In this document: one piece after another, positions 10,539 through 24,916 of the stretch
Layout of the letters: each line of letters starts with the position of its first letter
How positions within the stretch are numbered: the first letter of the stretch is position 1
Origin: Eukaryota sp. GEM-RC1
Taxonomy: Eukaryota
Direction of reading: 5' to 3'
NCBI GenBank assembly: GCA_040285855.1
Contig: JAUFOQ010000003.1
Coordinates: forward strand, 2,046,001 to 2,110,000
DNA length: 64,000 bases
Program-made: the position numbers and the translations under genes
Notes under the pieces: generated by a model
The model's database searches: none
What the model was told of the DNA's origin: nothing
Seen by the model: only the letters and a program-made list of their open reading frames with translations

Positions 10539-13500
10539 TCAACTAACTAAACTTACTGACAGAACAAAATAAACACTAAGAACGGTGAAGAAGCTCAAGA
10601 TATATCGCTCTAAGTAAACAGCATTTAGAGCCAAAGCTAATAATAATACCGTCTGAACAACTAAGTGTATGAGTAAGCTGAAGCTTGAAGACACTAAGAT
10701 TAAAGTATAACAAATCAGTGGGATGAAATTAATCATATCACGATATTGAACAATAAGGATAATAATTACCAGTGAAGAGTGAGCAATCATTAATCGAAAA
10801 TTAGTAGATGAAATTGGTTCGACTGCATAATGCTGGTAAATTGTCCCATAGATGAAATTTAAAGAGATCATAGCAGCTGCAGTGATAAAGGAACTGTTGT
10901 AAAATTTAAAAATATTCGTCTTTTTGATAAAAACTGTTGATGAAACAATTGCCAGCGAGATCATCAATAAAATACTGAACAAATTAACACTATAATCGAA
11001 ATGGAAAAGGGAAAGGTTAAATTCCATAAAAACAATGAGAAATGATAAAGATTTTGAAAAAGAAATGACACCGAAACAAGAAATAGCAGCATATAATTTG
11101 TAAATTTGGATTCAGTTTTCAAAATATTTAAAATGTCCATTTTGGACACATCACTGGCTTTCCACTGAGACGAATACTTCTTCTTAATTTCAAATATTTT
11201 AAACAAAGATTGGTCGGTTTTGAAAATGGCAAAACAGAACACCATCAGAGCAAACAGCTTGATCAACAGATATTCTTTCCCAATACAATAGACTCTAGTA
11301 GCAATGGCTTCACTAGTACAGTATTGACAGTGAGTTCCAAGGGCATATGGCGATCTACATTGATTAGACTCGCAATTGTACCAGAAAGAACATTCTTCGA
11401 GGTTAAAACTGATATTATTTAATCTAAAACCGGGTTCAATTCCAGTCAAATTTCCATATCCACATTCAGCTAAATGAGGACAAGGTAAACAAGAATCTAG
11501 AGAATCTAGAGTGTTTAAAGGACAAACACATTGGTCGAGATCACTAGAACCCTTTTTAAGAGTGATTCTAGGAAAAGGACAAGATCTACATTCCAGATTG
11601 AAATTTGAATTAGAGTAGTAATTAACTGGACAAGGAGAACAATCGCCAGTAAAATCTAGGTACATTCCATCCACACAGAAGCACCCAAATCCAGCATTGA
11701 TTTTGGGGTAAACACAATCATCAATCGGTACAGTGACAGAAGCAGTAGAATCCAAATAGGAAAGAGTTAACGTCACTGATTGCAAGGGCAAGTCAACAAT
11801 TTGAATAGAAGTGGTACCTACTGAAAACACGTGTTGTGTTTCTAAAGACTCAACCGAAACATCAAATACAGACAAATATCGAGAATTATTAAATAATTCA
11901 AGCTGAGTGGTGTGCAAGATTGAAAGTTCAACAAATGTACATGAATTTTCAAAAAACATTTGAAGTTCACATGATTCAGTTTTGATGAACTCGACAGTGA
12001 GAAATTCTTCATAATTTTGAATAATTGTTAAATCAAAATTAAAATAACCACCACAGAACATCAGTTCAATGACGTGATCATTAATCGGGAAACCTGACTG
12101 GGAATAGAAGGTCAAATAGGAAGGAGTCAACTCAGCAGCAGAGAAGCCAAAAGTTGATGAAACAATCGAGAAATCATCAACACAGTCAAATACAAATCCA
12201 ATCGAATCAAGACAAATGACTGGAATCAACAGCCTACCAGACTGTCTATAGAATTCTACGAAATTTGATAGTAAATCAATTTGAGTGGCTTCTGATGGAG
12301 TAAAGTTCAGACTAAATGGTACACGGGAGTAAAAACAATTATCAGAAATCAAGAACCCATAATAGCTCAAATAGGAAAGTGACGTCGTAGTGATTGAATC
12401 ACTGACAGACGAGTGGAATTCTTCAAAAGTATTGAACAACTCATCATCAAATTCAAATAAGACATGTTCAGAAATTGATTGACCAGACAACGTGACTCCT
12501 TTTCCTATTTCGGAAGGTATAAGACAGCCTCCAGAGAAATAACCATAAAATTCAATTTCCAATAAATAAAGATCTTGATGAAATGAAAACTCTACAATAG
12601 ATACTTCAAGCAATTCTAAATCTACTTCACACATTCGGACAAATTCGAACCCACTAGGAATTTGTTGACAAACTGAAGAGAAGGAAATTGTTTCATTGGA
12701 GTAGAACAATGTCAAATTCAAGTTCAATAAACTCTAAGTGACAACTATCATTAGTGGTAATAATTACTTTTAAAATATCAACTGGAAATTCAAAATCGAA
12801 TCTGGGATTAGAAAAAGAGGAAATAAATTCACTACAGAAAGATGCTTCAAGATGACAACAACGTGAACCATCAAATATCAAATTTTTGTCAATATTTGAT
12901 GTAATGATCGAAGTGTCAATTAGCGGAGTAGTAGACATCAAGAGATAACAAATTTCCTGAATGAATGCTTCACCACGGACAACAAACGAGTTGATGAATA
13001 GATCATTATAATAAACGAAAATTGTAACAAATGGCTCAAATGTGATCAAAATTGAATTCTTGCAGACAAACGAATGATTGGTAAAAACGACATCAAATGA
13101 TTGACCTTGAATGATACAGAAAAGATCTGAAACAAGAAGTCCTAAGAAGTCAACACGAATATCACGTGCTTCATAAACACTTAGAGGATTGACAGAGGAA
13201 AAATCAACGTTGAAGATACGAATTAATGCAATTTCAATATCCGAAAAGCCTTCATGTTTCCACGTCAATGACAACAAGTTCTCACCAAAAGGAAATAAAA
13301 CAAAAGAAAGATTAAAAACGTTGTTGTACTGGTATGGTAAAGATGCAAAATCATTGTAACTAAAGTCTTCAAAAGAAGGATAAACATGTGAGTTATTGAG
13401 TAAGAAATCAGAATTGAGAGGACTTGGTGATAGGATGGTGACGTCTACGATGACGTCATTAACAGTCGAAAATACAAGTGGAGAATTGATAGAAAATACT

Positions 13501-16500
13501 GGATGGTGAACAAAAGACCGATGGATGTCAAAGGATAAAGACGAATCGAAATAAGAAACATCAAAGAGGAAGAAACATTCTGCTTCAGAGTGTGCAAATA
13601 TTGTAAATTCTAAAATCCCTGAAATTGAATTTTGTTCTAAAAGCTCACAGTGACCAATACTACTAATCGAGATCAAATACTGTGGGCTGTAAAAATCAAC
13701 AAATAAAGAATGTACAAGATTTGACTGAAAGTACAAAGGGATTTGATTTTCAACAAAATCTTCAACAAACGATACATTCATAACGTGATCTTCATTCTTT
13801 AAAGTAACAAGCGGATACAGGTGTAATATTTGAACCTCGTTAATTCCCTCTTGAAGTGGAATGAACTGTGAACCATGAATAAGAAGTAGGTTTTGTACAT
13901 TCTTCAACAGTATTACTTCAACTCGAGAGAACTGGGGTATAAAAGGAGGGATTTGGACAAAGTTGTCAACAAAACATGTGAAGTCTAGATCTAATAACCC
14001 AGATGTAGTTATACCAAAAACAGAATAATTACCAACATTCGGGAAAAAGACAGAAAAAGTGATGAAATCTTGACCAATATCGTCAACAACTGACGTAGTA
14101 TTCGGGAAACAAAAACTATTTACTAAACGGGAGTAACTGTATGTATGAATATTAGTAATTTGAAGAGAAATCGTAGAAGTGACTGGTTGATCAAACCACT
14201 GGATATACTTTGGGGAGATCGACATTGGTTCAACAATAAACGGAAGTTTGCTAATAGCAAAACATCCATGACGATTACACAACTCAGGTTGATCCAGGTA
14301 ACCAACTTTTGAGGAGATAAAATAGAGTCGAAAAGTAGTAAGAGAAGAAGTGTAGTCAAGGATTTCAATATAAGAGGGAATATTTGAACTTAATTGAAAA
14401 GATGACAAATCACCTTCATCTGCTTCATAAGAAACAAAGACTTCACATGGAGAATTAACAAAGCAAACGTAGGAGACTTTAAACACTTCTAAGGAAGTAA
14501 CAGGAACGGAAAGTGAATGAAGTAGCATAGGTGGAAATTGAATATTTGCGGAGAAATCAAAGAAACCAAAAACTGGCCCTGTTTTAATAACTACTACAGT
14601 CTCATTTAAAATTGTAAAGTTGGCGGGAGATTCAGAAACAAAAATGTCAACGTGATCAAAACAGTCAAACATTGACCCTAAATGATCTCCAATCAATCTT
14701 AATTCTGATCCAAAAGATGATAACATAAGAGGTGATGTGTCAAATTGTGGAAATAGAAGATAAAGTGGCAATTGATTAGACGTTTGATTACCAATGACCA
14801 GGAAAACATCAAAAACAATCGAGTCTACAGAACAAACATAAGGAATATGAACACGAATCTCGTCATGGGAATGGTACAATACTTTCGTTAAATTGAAGGC
14901 ATTGGAAAGAGAGAAGAAGTCAAAGGAGGTGTACAAATTAGAACCAGTAATTACCAAGTTCCCAGTCAGGTAGAAAGCAGTTGGAGTAATGCTATAAATA
15001 ATTGGTTTTTTAAAGCAGAAATGAAAAGTTGATTGTGACGTGTCAGTTGACCTGGATAGTGTCAAGTAATGACAACCATGACCGGGTCCTGGGTTTAATA
15101 CAACTTCCACGTGAGTTAATGGTGTGGTTAAAAGGCTTTGGTTGAATACTAAAGTATCAGAAAAAATAATTAGAGGAGCTAATCCAAGATTAAAAGCATA
15201 AAGAATAGTCGATCCGCCAATAGTTGGTGGTTCGAAAGAAGAGAAATCAATTGGACAAATTGGAATAAATAATTGATCATGATACTCTAGTTCTTCCAGA
15301 TAAAACCTAACAAACACATGGTTCAGCGAAGAATCAAGGGAAACAACATTATTGAGATTTAAATGTAAAAAGTCTTGTTCAAAGACAACATCTAGATTAC
15401 TCTTGTTCGAAGTCATGATTAAATAAGATTCCAACTTATACACGTCATCAAAGTGGAGTGACAGCTGGCAGATAGACGTGTTACAGCAATGTGAAGAGGG
15501 AGAAATAGAAAGCCTTGACGTTAGAAAGGATAAGTCAATGAAAACTTCAATAGAAATAGAAGACTCTTTACAAATTGAGATTGAATTGGTCACAATTGCA
15601 TTGTTAAATGAAAAATCTAGGGTCGAATTCAGTAGCGACACAGTAGAAACAAAAGTTAAAATATTAGAATTCATAATATTGATATCAGAATTTTGAACAA
15701 TTAGAGACCTAATGATGACGTCACCGATTATCAATTGACCATTAGAATGCTGATTAAATTCCAGAACCTCAACCACTGTAATTTGATCAAAAGTAACTGA
15801 ACCTCCAGAAAACTCTGAGATTAAAACTGAAGAAACAATTGAATTAGAAACAGAGATGTTACCGAGACTCTGGCAGATATTCAACCTGGTGATATAAGCA
15901 GACTCAAACAGTAAACTGACTCCAGAAGAAACATAAAGAGAGCCTTGATGGATCGAACCAGTAAAAGTAACAACTGCTTGGTCTCTAATGAAGGTTGAAC
16001 CGTCAATCGTAACTCTTCCGTTAAGATCAGAAATAGTGCTGTTTTCAAATGCTAGATGTCCTGTAGAAACAATGTCAGTGCCAAAGACGGATTTGATTGG
16101 TGTGGAAATGATGACACTTCCTTCACTGACGAATCCAGTGGGAATCTTGCATGAATCACAATCAGTGGCATAATGGAAAGTGGTGTCCTTAGAGGAAATC
16201 AATAAACTTCCTTCAGGGGCAACATATACTACAGCTCCGTCACCAAAAGTGGTAACTTGATCTTCATAGCCTTGTGAAAGTGTAAAATCACTAGTAGAGT
16301 TGATGAAGACTACAGATCCAGGTTCAAAGTTCTTTGGTTGATCAGTGGTGGCAGAGAAATTATCAATAACATGAATAGAAGAACCACCACCTATAGAACC
16401 ACCAATCAATGAGAAATCATCAATGTATAAATCACCAGTCGCAGTTAGTTGAGATTCATCTTGCATTTCAACAAGATCTGCACTGGAAACACAATGCGGT

Positions 16501-19500
16501 TCACCAATGAAGACTTGAGCATCATTGGAAAGAGACAGTTCTTCCCAGTGAGGGCAACCATCTGTGCCTTGAGTTGAGATGGTGAAGCTACCACTAGCCA
16601 TTACAGTTTTAACATTTACAAAACTTACTGAAGCATTTTCCTTGAACACAATGGCTCCTCCATTGACAAGTAAATCACCTCCGGAAAAGGAAGGAGATGA
16701 ATTGGGCTCAGCTGTAATCAGACCATCAATCAGAGTGATTGAAACTAGCTTAACATCAGAATCTGTTCCAAAAGTCAATTCTCCGCCATTCATTTGATCA
16801 ATTTCTAATTCGGCTACAATAGTGTCATTAAGCAAAGATAACACACAATTCTCAGTCATTTCATCTACAATGAATCGTGCTATAGTTGTTTCTTTCACAG
16901 TAATTGGAGCATCACAGATGCCAATATGGACAAGTTCTAAATCAGAACCAGAAATGTCAAGGTCTATTCGAACTTCCTGAAGTCGAATAATAGTGTCTGT
17001 GATTTCTTCTCTAAAGAGAATAATTCCACCAGTGTACACGTATGTAATATCCTCAGGATTAGAGAGTCGTAAATCTAACAATCCATCTCGCATATAGAGT
17101 ACACCAGTGAGGTTAACCAAGCCATTAAAAGTCACAAGAGAATCTGGATCATCAATATAAATATCTCCACCTCCAGCAATTGAATCTGAAACATTAAATT
17201 CTCCTTTAATGTAGATAATAGTATTTGGTGCTAGATAAACATCATCAACAAGAACCAAGTTGTCTTCAAAGATAACAGTTCCAGTGAGGACTGAGATGCG
17301 AGGTCCATAGATATCCCACTGCATAGTAATAGTTTCAGGAGTAGAAAAGATAAGGTGACCTTCAGAATGAATAGCAGAGTTAATGTCGACTTCTTCAGGA
17401 ACAAACCAGCCTTCTGTACCGAATAAATTAAGGTTAGTGTCAACGGGAATGACTAATCTGGAGTAGTTGGTACCAACAACGGATCCATCGAACCAAGTTG
17501 TGTGAATTAATGAAGTAACAAGAGCTCCTTCGTCAAAGTTCTTTGGTCCATCTTCAAAAAAGGTCAGAGAGTTTACGATTGAAGTGGATTGCTTATAGAG
17601 AGTTCCACCAGTAACATCAAGGATATCAATAAACATAGAAATACCACCTAAATAACCGTCAGCCATGAGCACGTGAGATGAGTTGAACATTTGGTCAACA
17701 ATGGTAATGAAAGAACCACTATTAATAATCAAACTCTCAATATTCACAAAATGAGGATCAAATTGATCGATAATCACATCACCACCATCAAGAACAAAGA
17801 CAGAGCGAGATACATTAAATCCATCAAAGGTTTGAAGCACTCCACCAGTAGAAGTGAAATTGCTTCTATTGAACAATGTGTTAAGACTGTTGACACTAAT
17901 TAAACCATTGGATTGAACTATTGAGTGTACGATTACAGAAGAGGTGGGAGCGAAATCAATCAAACCGCCAGAAATTGATAGAACATCAAATGAGTCAACA
18001 GTGACTGTATTGAAAGTTAGCGTACCACCTTCTTGTTCCTCTAAGACAAAGGAAGAAACCAAAGTGATGGTGTTGAAACTAATACGTCCATTTAACAACT
18101 TCAAAACATTGATGGAATCAACAACAGAGTCAATAAATGTAACATCACCGCGATTGGTGCAGATGTTGATTAAGTCAACTTGAGCAGAAACAAAGGATAA
18201 TTCAACTCCAGCAGAAACATGAACACAACCTTCAAAATTGACAATTCCAGAGACAACAGCATCATGATTGATGGTCAAAGTACCTCCCTTTTCACCAGTA
18301 AGCTGAGAGAGTTCGTTGAAGAAGACAAATCCATTGACTTCCATTTGAGAGTTGCTCTTAATGTTGATTCTAGAACTAACTACTGTTTCACAAGATGTGA
18401 ATGCCATCCTAGAAATCACGTCAACTAGCCCATTAACTAAATAACCCATTCTAAAGGAAAGTGTTCCAGTTTCGACAGTGAGAACACCTTCAATGATGAA
18501 AGTTGAGCTACAGCCAGTCAAAGAAACGGTTACCGGACTAGACTTGGACAGGAAAGTCGTTGTAGTGATAGTACAAGCAGCAGTACCTGAAGTGGTTCCT
18601 CTGGAGAACAGTGCATCATAAAATACTAAATCAGCATCACAGACTTTTACTGCATTGGTAAGAATTTCAATCTCATTTGCAGTAAAAGTCTGAGGGCCGG
18701 TAAAGGTACCAGCTCGCCATTCAACTTCTTTTGCTGTCCAATCAGAATTGGTAATAACTAGACCATTATGTAATTCATAATCATCAAGTAGAGCGACATC
18801 TGACGCTGGATTACTGACAAGAGTTCCTCCAGCTTGGATAAATTTGTCAATGATGAATTCGGTTGAAACATCTAAGAAGGTGAGTAATCCTGATCTAAAA
18901 GTAAACGTGTTGGGAGAACGAGAGATAACAGTGTTACTAGCAAATGTTAAATCACAAGTGTCACAATTAAAAGTGAAAGGAACGTTATTCCAGGAAACAC
19001 TGGATGAACTCATAAACATGATAGCAGAGTTTTCTAAAGGAATCAAATGTGACGAGTCAAAGATGGCATCACAATCATCAAAAATGAGATCCTTAGTGAC
19101 CTTAAACTGAGTGTTTTGATGTTGATGATAGTTACCACCACGGAACCAGGCAGTTTCTGTATGTAGGAATTGTTGAGAACGTAGATTGAAAACACCAGCA
19201 AATTGAGTAATGTTCCATTCAAAAATAATGTCTTTCGTTAAAACATTAACTTCACCACTGTTATACAGAACAGCCACAGACTCAGTATTATCAATCTGCT
19301 TCACCCAATGTCCTTCAATCATATCTAATTGTCCCAAATTAGTAAAATTAGCACTTTGGAAACCAGTTAGACTTGTGGTAACTTCGGAATATCCATCATT
19401 TAATATGGAAATAAATTCATGAACTTCATGGTGATAAAAATCGTCATCTTCAGGATCTTTAGGATGAATATAGAGATAAGCTCCAGGTAGAATTTCGACG

Positions 19501-22500
19501 GAACCTCTTCCGCTCACAGTACCAGTTAGCCAAGTTAGAGAACACGAAATGATAAGGGATTGTCCAGGATTGACAACGAAGTCAGTAGCAAGAGTCAAAT
19601 CACAGAACGTGACACTTCCTTCAATAACAAGTTCAGTTCCTTCAACTGAAAGAGACGAATAAGTACAAATAGTAGCATTCTTAAGAATAACAATAGTTCC
19701 CAAAGGACCAATCTCAGCTTTGTTAAAGCAAACAAATCCAGCATACTCAGATCTGGCGTGGTCGAAGAGCCTAATAATGGACTGGTTATAATAACACCAA
19801 GTATCAGGATTGTAATGATAAGGGAAGGGAGCGCCGTACCGAACATATGAGGTGGGTTCAGACAACAACCTAGAGGCAACTGAATCATAACCACCTTTAA
19901 AAAGCATTAATTCAAATCCTGGAGGCACTGTGATGTTTGCTCTATTTTGAAGTTCCCAACTAAATTCAAAGGATTGTCCTGATCCAACAAGAGTCATTCC
20001 ATGATTGACATACACAACAGGAAGATCACCTGGAGTCTGATGAACATAGGAAGCAAAAGGAGGGAAGGAAGAAGGACTGAGAGTAAAAAGACCTCCTTCA
20101 TAGACTTTAAGATCCTTATTAAATATCAGACTGGCATTTCTACCACCTCTGATTTCTGAGTCACGAATCCAGTGAACGTCATCCTCAAAGATAACGCTTG
20201 CATAATCCAATACTTCCTTTAAGTCCCAGCTATCAATGTTACAACCCCGTTCAGCAATAGTCAGAGAAGGATCGATGAAACCTCCTTGGTTCCAAATAAG
20301 ACGTTCTCGAACATAGAGAAGATCGGTTCCTCCTCTATAACCACCTACTAAACGTAAGAATCTTAGATTAATGGTGTAATTAGTTATTAAGGAAACAACT
20401 CCAGTATTCTCAATAGAAAGAGAGTCAAATGTAACATCGGGATTCATAAAGTCTTCAAAAACAACATGAGTACCTCTAACAGTTAAGTCAACTTCTTCAG
20501 TGATAAATGCTTTATCTGGAAACATAAAAAGTACCATAATCTTGGATTGTACATTGTTTCCAGAGAGAAAAGAGTTTCGACACGTATAACACCAGCAGGA
20601 TTTCGAATAAGGAAGAAGAAGGAATTACCGTCAATAAAGGAGTTAGTGCCGCTTTTGAATACAAATTCGCCACCAACAACTCCAATACGTGTTCCCCAGT
20701 TACAATGAACAGCGCCTAAAGAGAATCCTCCAGCAGCAAACATTAGTTCTCCCCTAGAAAGATCAACAACGCCACTAGGATGATGTTCAAAAATGAACTG
20801 TGTTACGAAACTGTTAGCAGAAACTTCAATAAGTCCATAATTATAGAGATAATTAAAATTGGAAGCAGAACCAGCAACCCAGGAAACACCTCCAGAAAAC
20901 GAAAGTTGAGCATCACGTTTATTTGTGAAATAGGAGTCAGTACCTTCTATTTCAGTGGGTCCATTAAATTCAAATTTCCCATGATTAATGATATGAGATT
21001 TAGTCTGCATATATTTGAGATAAGTGTTTTCAGACGCTCTTGCTTCATTCATGATAACAGTAATTGAATTTTCTCCAAAACCACCCCCTCGCCAATCAAG
21101 AGAATTCTCAATGTAAACGTGATCTGATCCACCTGAAAGTCCATGTTCATCAAGTTCCAGGTTAGTAATGTTGATTTGCCTTCCAGTATTAAAGATAACA
21201 CTGCCTTGAGTAGCCCGTACATTTACAAGACGCACCATTTGTTCAACATCATTGAAAATTACACTTCCAATAATGACAGTCAAATCAAACGAAACCTCTA
21301 AAAATGAATCATCATCAAAGATTAAAGTTCCCTCTTGAACAGTGACATGAACGGTAGTAGAAAAGAATCCAGCAACTACAACTGTAGTGTCATAGAGAAG
21401 CTCAATATTTCCTGAAGTGATGACCCTAGAACTAGGACCCAATAAAGAGTCCTGAGTGGAAGAAGCAAATAGAATTCTGGCATCAGAAGTAAGAAAAAAG
21501 TCTCCATTTCCAGAAAGATAAGAGAACGCCCACAAGTTAGATGAATTGTGATTAATGACTCCATTATTTTGAATTCCCCAACATAAACGAGAATTCATGT
21601 GAGGATATTGAAATGACACACCGCCATCAATAACAAGTTCTGCATCACAAACACAAGGGTGATCGATTGCACCCGAAGGGCCTGTCCTACAACCAAAGTT
21701 AACATCAGTAGTAATAATCAACTGACCAGTGGGAGAAACAACCAAAGAGCTATCATCAAATCCATTCATGAACCCTGAGCCAGTCCAATGAACTTCAGAA
21801 TGAGCAATTACTGAAGCTCCTTGACGAATAGTTTTGTCACTTTGACTTTCCATAGATAGGGTAGAGTAAACTTCAACGATGGCTCCAGATATTGAACCAC
21901 CCCGCCAATCAAAACTATCAACAGTAATGGTATCACTACCAGAAATACTTCCACTGTCAGCAATAAGGATACTATTGTAATGAATAGAATGCCCAGTTTT
22001 GAATTGAACTTCACCGTTGTCTCTCAATTCTATATCTGTATAGAGTTCGGCTTCTTCTTTAGTATTGAAAACAACAGCCTCATTATTGTTAACAATTAAC
22101 ACGTTTTGCACAGTTTGAGTTGAAAGCATCCGCAAAGGGTTGCAAAGAGGCTCAGCTATTGCCGGTACAAGACGTGGAAGGCCTTCATGTGTGTTGGTAT
22201 GGAAATAGTGTGAATCAGAACTAGACAATTCCCTCAGCGATGTTTGATCTTCTCCAGGACCAACAACAACCACAAAGATTTGGACATTGTTGTCCTTCAA
22301 CTCGTTAGTGATTTCATTATATGTAAAGACTTCCTCTCCAGTACCAGTGACAATGATTATGACTTGGTTTTTAGTATTACCATAAACAAATCGTGAGTTG
22401 GCCTGTAGTTCTATTTGTGCAACTCTGATCCCATCGTCGATCTTGGGAAGACCTGTAAGGGGCTTTATGTTTCCAACAGAGGAGGATAATAGAGAGAGAT

Positions 22501-22747
22501 TGCCAGTGAGAGAGACTTCAAGCTGAGCAAACGAAGAAAACTGGATGACAGACATATGAACACCATCGGGAGATACAGTGAATGTTTGGAAAGAACTTCT
22601 AAGAAATTCTTGAACATGAAGCCAGTGAGGAATTACAACAGAAGAAGAATCAATAACTAGCACTATATCAAGACTAGAGTAGCAGATCGGAGTAGCATAG
22701 ATCAATAAGAGAAGACTGCCAAAGAAGAACAGTCTTGATAAAGACAT
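10539..22747 (-). CDS. Giant (~4,070 aa) cell-surface protein: signal peptide, vWA domain, long beta-strand repeats, IPT/TIG-like domains, GCC2/ephrin-receptor-like Cys-rich region, multipass TM C-terminus
   Basis: Four consecutive overlapping minus-strand ORFs joined by small indels at ~20520, ~12730 and ~10980. MSLSRLFFFGSLLLL signal. LDIVLVIDSSS...VIQFSS vWA. Repeated GG..G.D....W.GG units. CSPCPVNYYS...CRSCP...CVCP. Hydrophobic C-terminal segments. True 3' end uncertain. Confidence 0.7.
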
Positions 22748-23180
22748 TTTTGAAATTGGAAACATTCAAAGTTAAATATAGCTTGGAATGTTACAACCAC
22801 TACTTTTATAGGAAACACCAATTTACTCTTGTTGTTCGTTTAGTACAAATTGGAATAAGTGTATTTTATGACTCTACAGTTATTTTAAAGTTTGGAATCC
22901 TCAGAGTCTGTTTGAGTAGAACACTGAGTTAAATTCATTGCTGATTATATTACTACTTGAAAGTGTGTTCTTTTCAGAGTTAGATTTCAAGCAACAAACA
23001 ATGATGTAAGTCTTACTCTTACATTGTACGAGTATTCATTGCAACTTTTGTTTATCAAAATATGTGAAGAATCATTTTTTAGATTCATAAGAGACCAAAA
23101 ACTACCCTGAAAATACTAAAAATTAAACTAATCATTAAATTAAACAAAACTAAATTGACTAAACTCTCAAAACGAGTTAC

Positions 23181-24594
23181 CTAACTCCTCTTATATTTTG
23201 AAAATTTACTCAAATATTTCTTAGAAGACAATTCAATTGCTTCTACTTTCGACTGCTTAATGCTATTCAGCTCGCTCCTCACAGCTTCCCTCCTTGCATC
23301 AACAACATTTGCCCTCTTCCTCAAGAACCTTTTCAAAGTAGAATTCCTTCCTCTCGTTTTCCTCTTCTCCTTTCTCTCCTTCAATTCTTCCCTAGTTCTC
23401 TTTGGTTGAACTCCAGCTGCCATTTCTAATTCCTTCATCCTTCTCATTCTTTCACTTTCTCCAATGCTAACCTTTCCAAGTCCAACATTCTTGTCAAAAG
23501 TAATAAGGTCGGCAGGAATCTTCTCCAAAACTCTCTTAACTTCAGCTTCTCTTCGTTGTCTCTTAGTTTCAAAGGGATTCGCTGCAAAGGGAGTCAATGT
23601 TAGCAATACCAGACCCAGGAACTAATATAGAGGAATAACCAGATGCCGTACCAATACCAAGAACATCTTCATAAGGACAGAACTCAACAGAATGAACAAG
23701 AGAAGAACAGTGGTGGTTAAGATACGGTGATTTAGCCTTGGTTGAGACCGCATCCTGCCATAGCTGAACCTTAGTCCCCATACCCATCGCAATGACTCCA
23801 GTAGCAGAGACGGTTAGAGAGGAGCAAGGGGAAGTGTTTTTGTATGAATGAAGTAGAGACAGGGTGCGTAGATCGTGAACGGAGGTGGTAAAGTCTTTTC
23901 CACTGGAGATCAGGTAGTTACCTGACAGATCCACACATGAAGCTGTGATGGCTCCTTTGTGAGCCAGTACTTGAACTAAGGGAGCGTTGACATTAGGAGA
24001 CCAGAGGGAGACGACTCCTTTGGAATCACCGTGGAAGACAATTGCTGAGGAAGGATCGAATGAGAGTGAGAGACAGGAGGATTTTGTAGGGATTGTAGCA
24101 ACAACATCGCCAGTAGAAGTATCTTGGTAGGTTAATTTCCCCGAGAGACCCCCAGAGACCAAGAGGTAATGGTAGGGGAGATAAACAAGCTTTCTAGCTC
24201 TATTATGATGTTTCAGGGCATGTATTTCTGTTCCTTTTTGATCATAGATAAATACGCCTTGTTTTTGAGCTATGGAATGCAGACTGTAGTTGTGGAGGAA
24301 ACAAGCATCATAACAATCTTGTGCTACATTGAATTCACTAACAATGTGTTGTGTCCGCCAGTCTCGCAGTGATGTACGACCTTTGGAACCAGAAAGTAGG
24401 AGATATTGACCATTCCGATCAAATCGAGAAATATGTGGTTGGTTGAAGTTGAGATCAAATATCTTTGCTTTAGACTGTTGGTCAACTGCAGAGGAAATGT
24501 CTCGTTGTGAGAACTTGAAAGTTTGTTCTACACCATCTGTTTCGATGAAACCTGAGGTTTCAGTGAAAAGAATATGTTCATCTGACAAAGGCAT
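23181..24594 (-). CDS. UTP7: U3 snoRNP WD-repeat protein Utp7/WDR46 (BING4CT domain); one +1 indel at ~23590
   Basis: YLPYHYLL, LTYQDTSTG, FCPYEDVLGIG, SILVPGSG..N.D / NPFETKRQRREAEV..LEKIP. Deleting one C gives NIDSFAANPFET. Confidence 0.92.
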
Positions 24595-24632
24595 TAGAGG
24601 AAGTGAGAAAGTGCATTTCAAAAATTCCCTAT

Positions 24633-24916
24633 TAGCACTGGGCGTTCAGATATCCGATCTGATCCGATCTGAATTTCTTGTATCCGAATCTGATCCGATC
24701 TGAACAACCTTGATCCGAATCCGATCCGATCCGAACTACTCTAATCTGAATCTGATCCGATCCGAGCTACTCTAATCTGAATCCGATCTGAATCCGAACG
24801 TTCGAATCCGAATCTGATCCGAATCCGAACAAAATAGCAAAACTGGATCTGAATCCGATCTGAATCCGATCCGATCCGAAATCTGAAGTGAAATCTGATC
24901 CGAACGCCCAGTGCTA
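24633..24916. mobile_element. hAT-type MITE (284 bp)
   Basis: Perfect 15-bp TIR TAGCACTGGGCGTTC. 8-bp TSD TTCCCTAT at 24625-24632 and 24917-24924. Interior is made of ATCCG/ATCTG/ATCCGA repeats. Confidence 0.95.

Noticed and set aside
10543..10556. Second 14-nt GTAAGT...TAG candidate intron at the end of the giant gene (minus strand)
   Set aside because: No branch motif, and splicing extends the frame by only ~12 codons. Treated as chance.
20516..20552. GT...CAG intron candidates at the giant-gene frame break
   Set aside because: Both the 37-nt and 19-nt options give the wrong phase. Small indels explain the break better.
14123..22014. Numerous short antisense or alternate-frame ORFs within the giant gene (likewise within XOR and Fe-ADH)
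   Set aside because: Shadow ORFs of real coding sequence with no recognisable motifs.
24640..24910. tRNA-like GTTCGAATCC or telomere-like repeat
   Set aside because: It lies within the MITE's ATCCGA repeats. No cloverleaf, and it is bounded by TIRs and a TSD.
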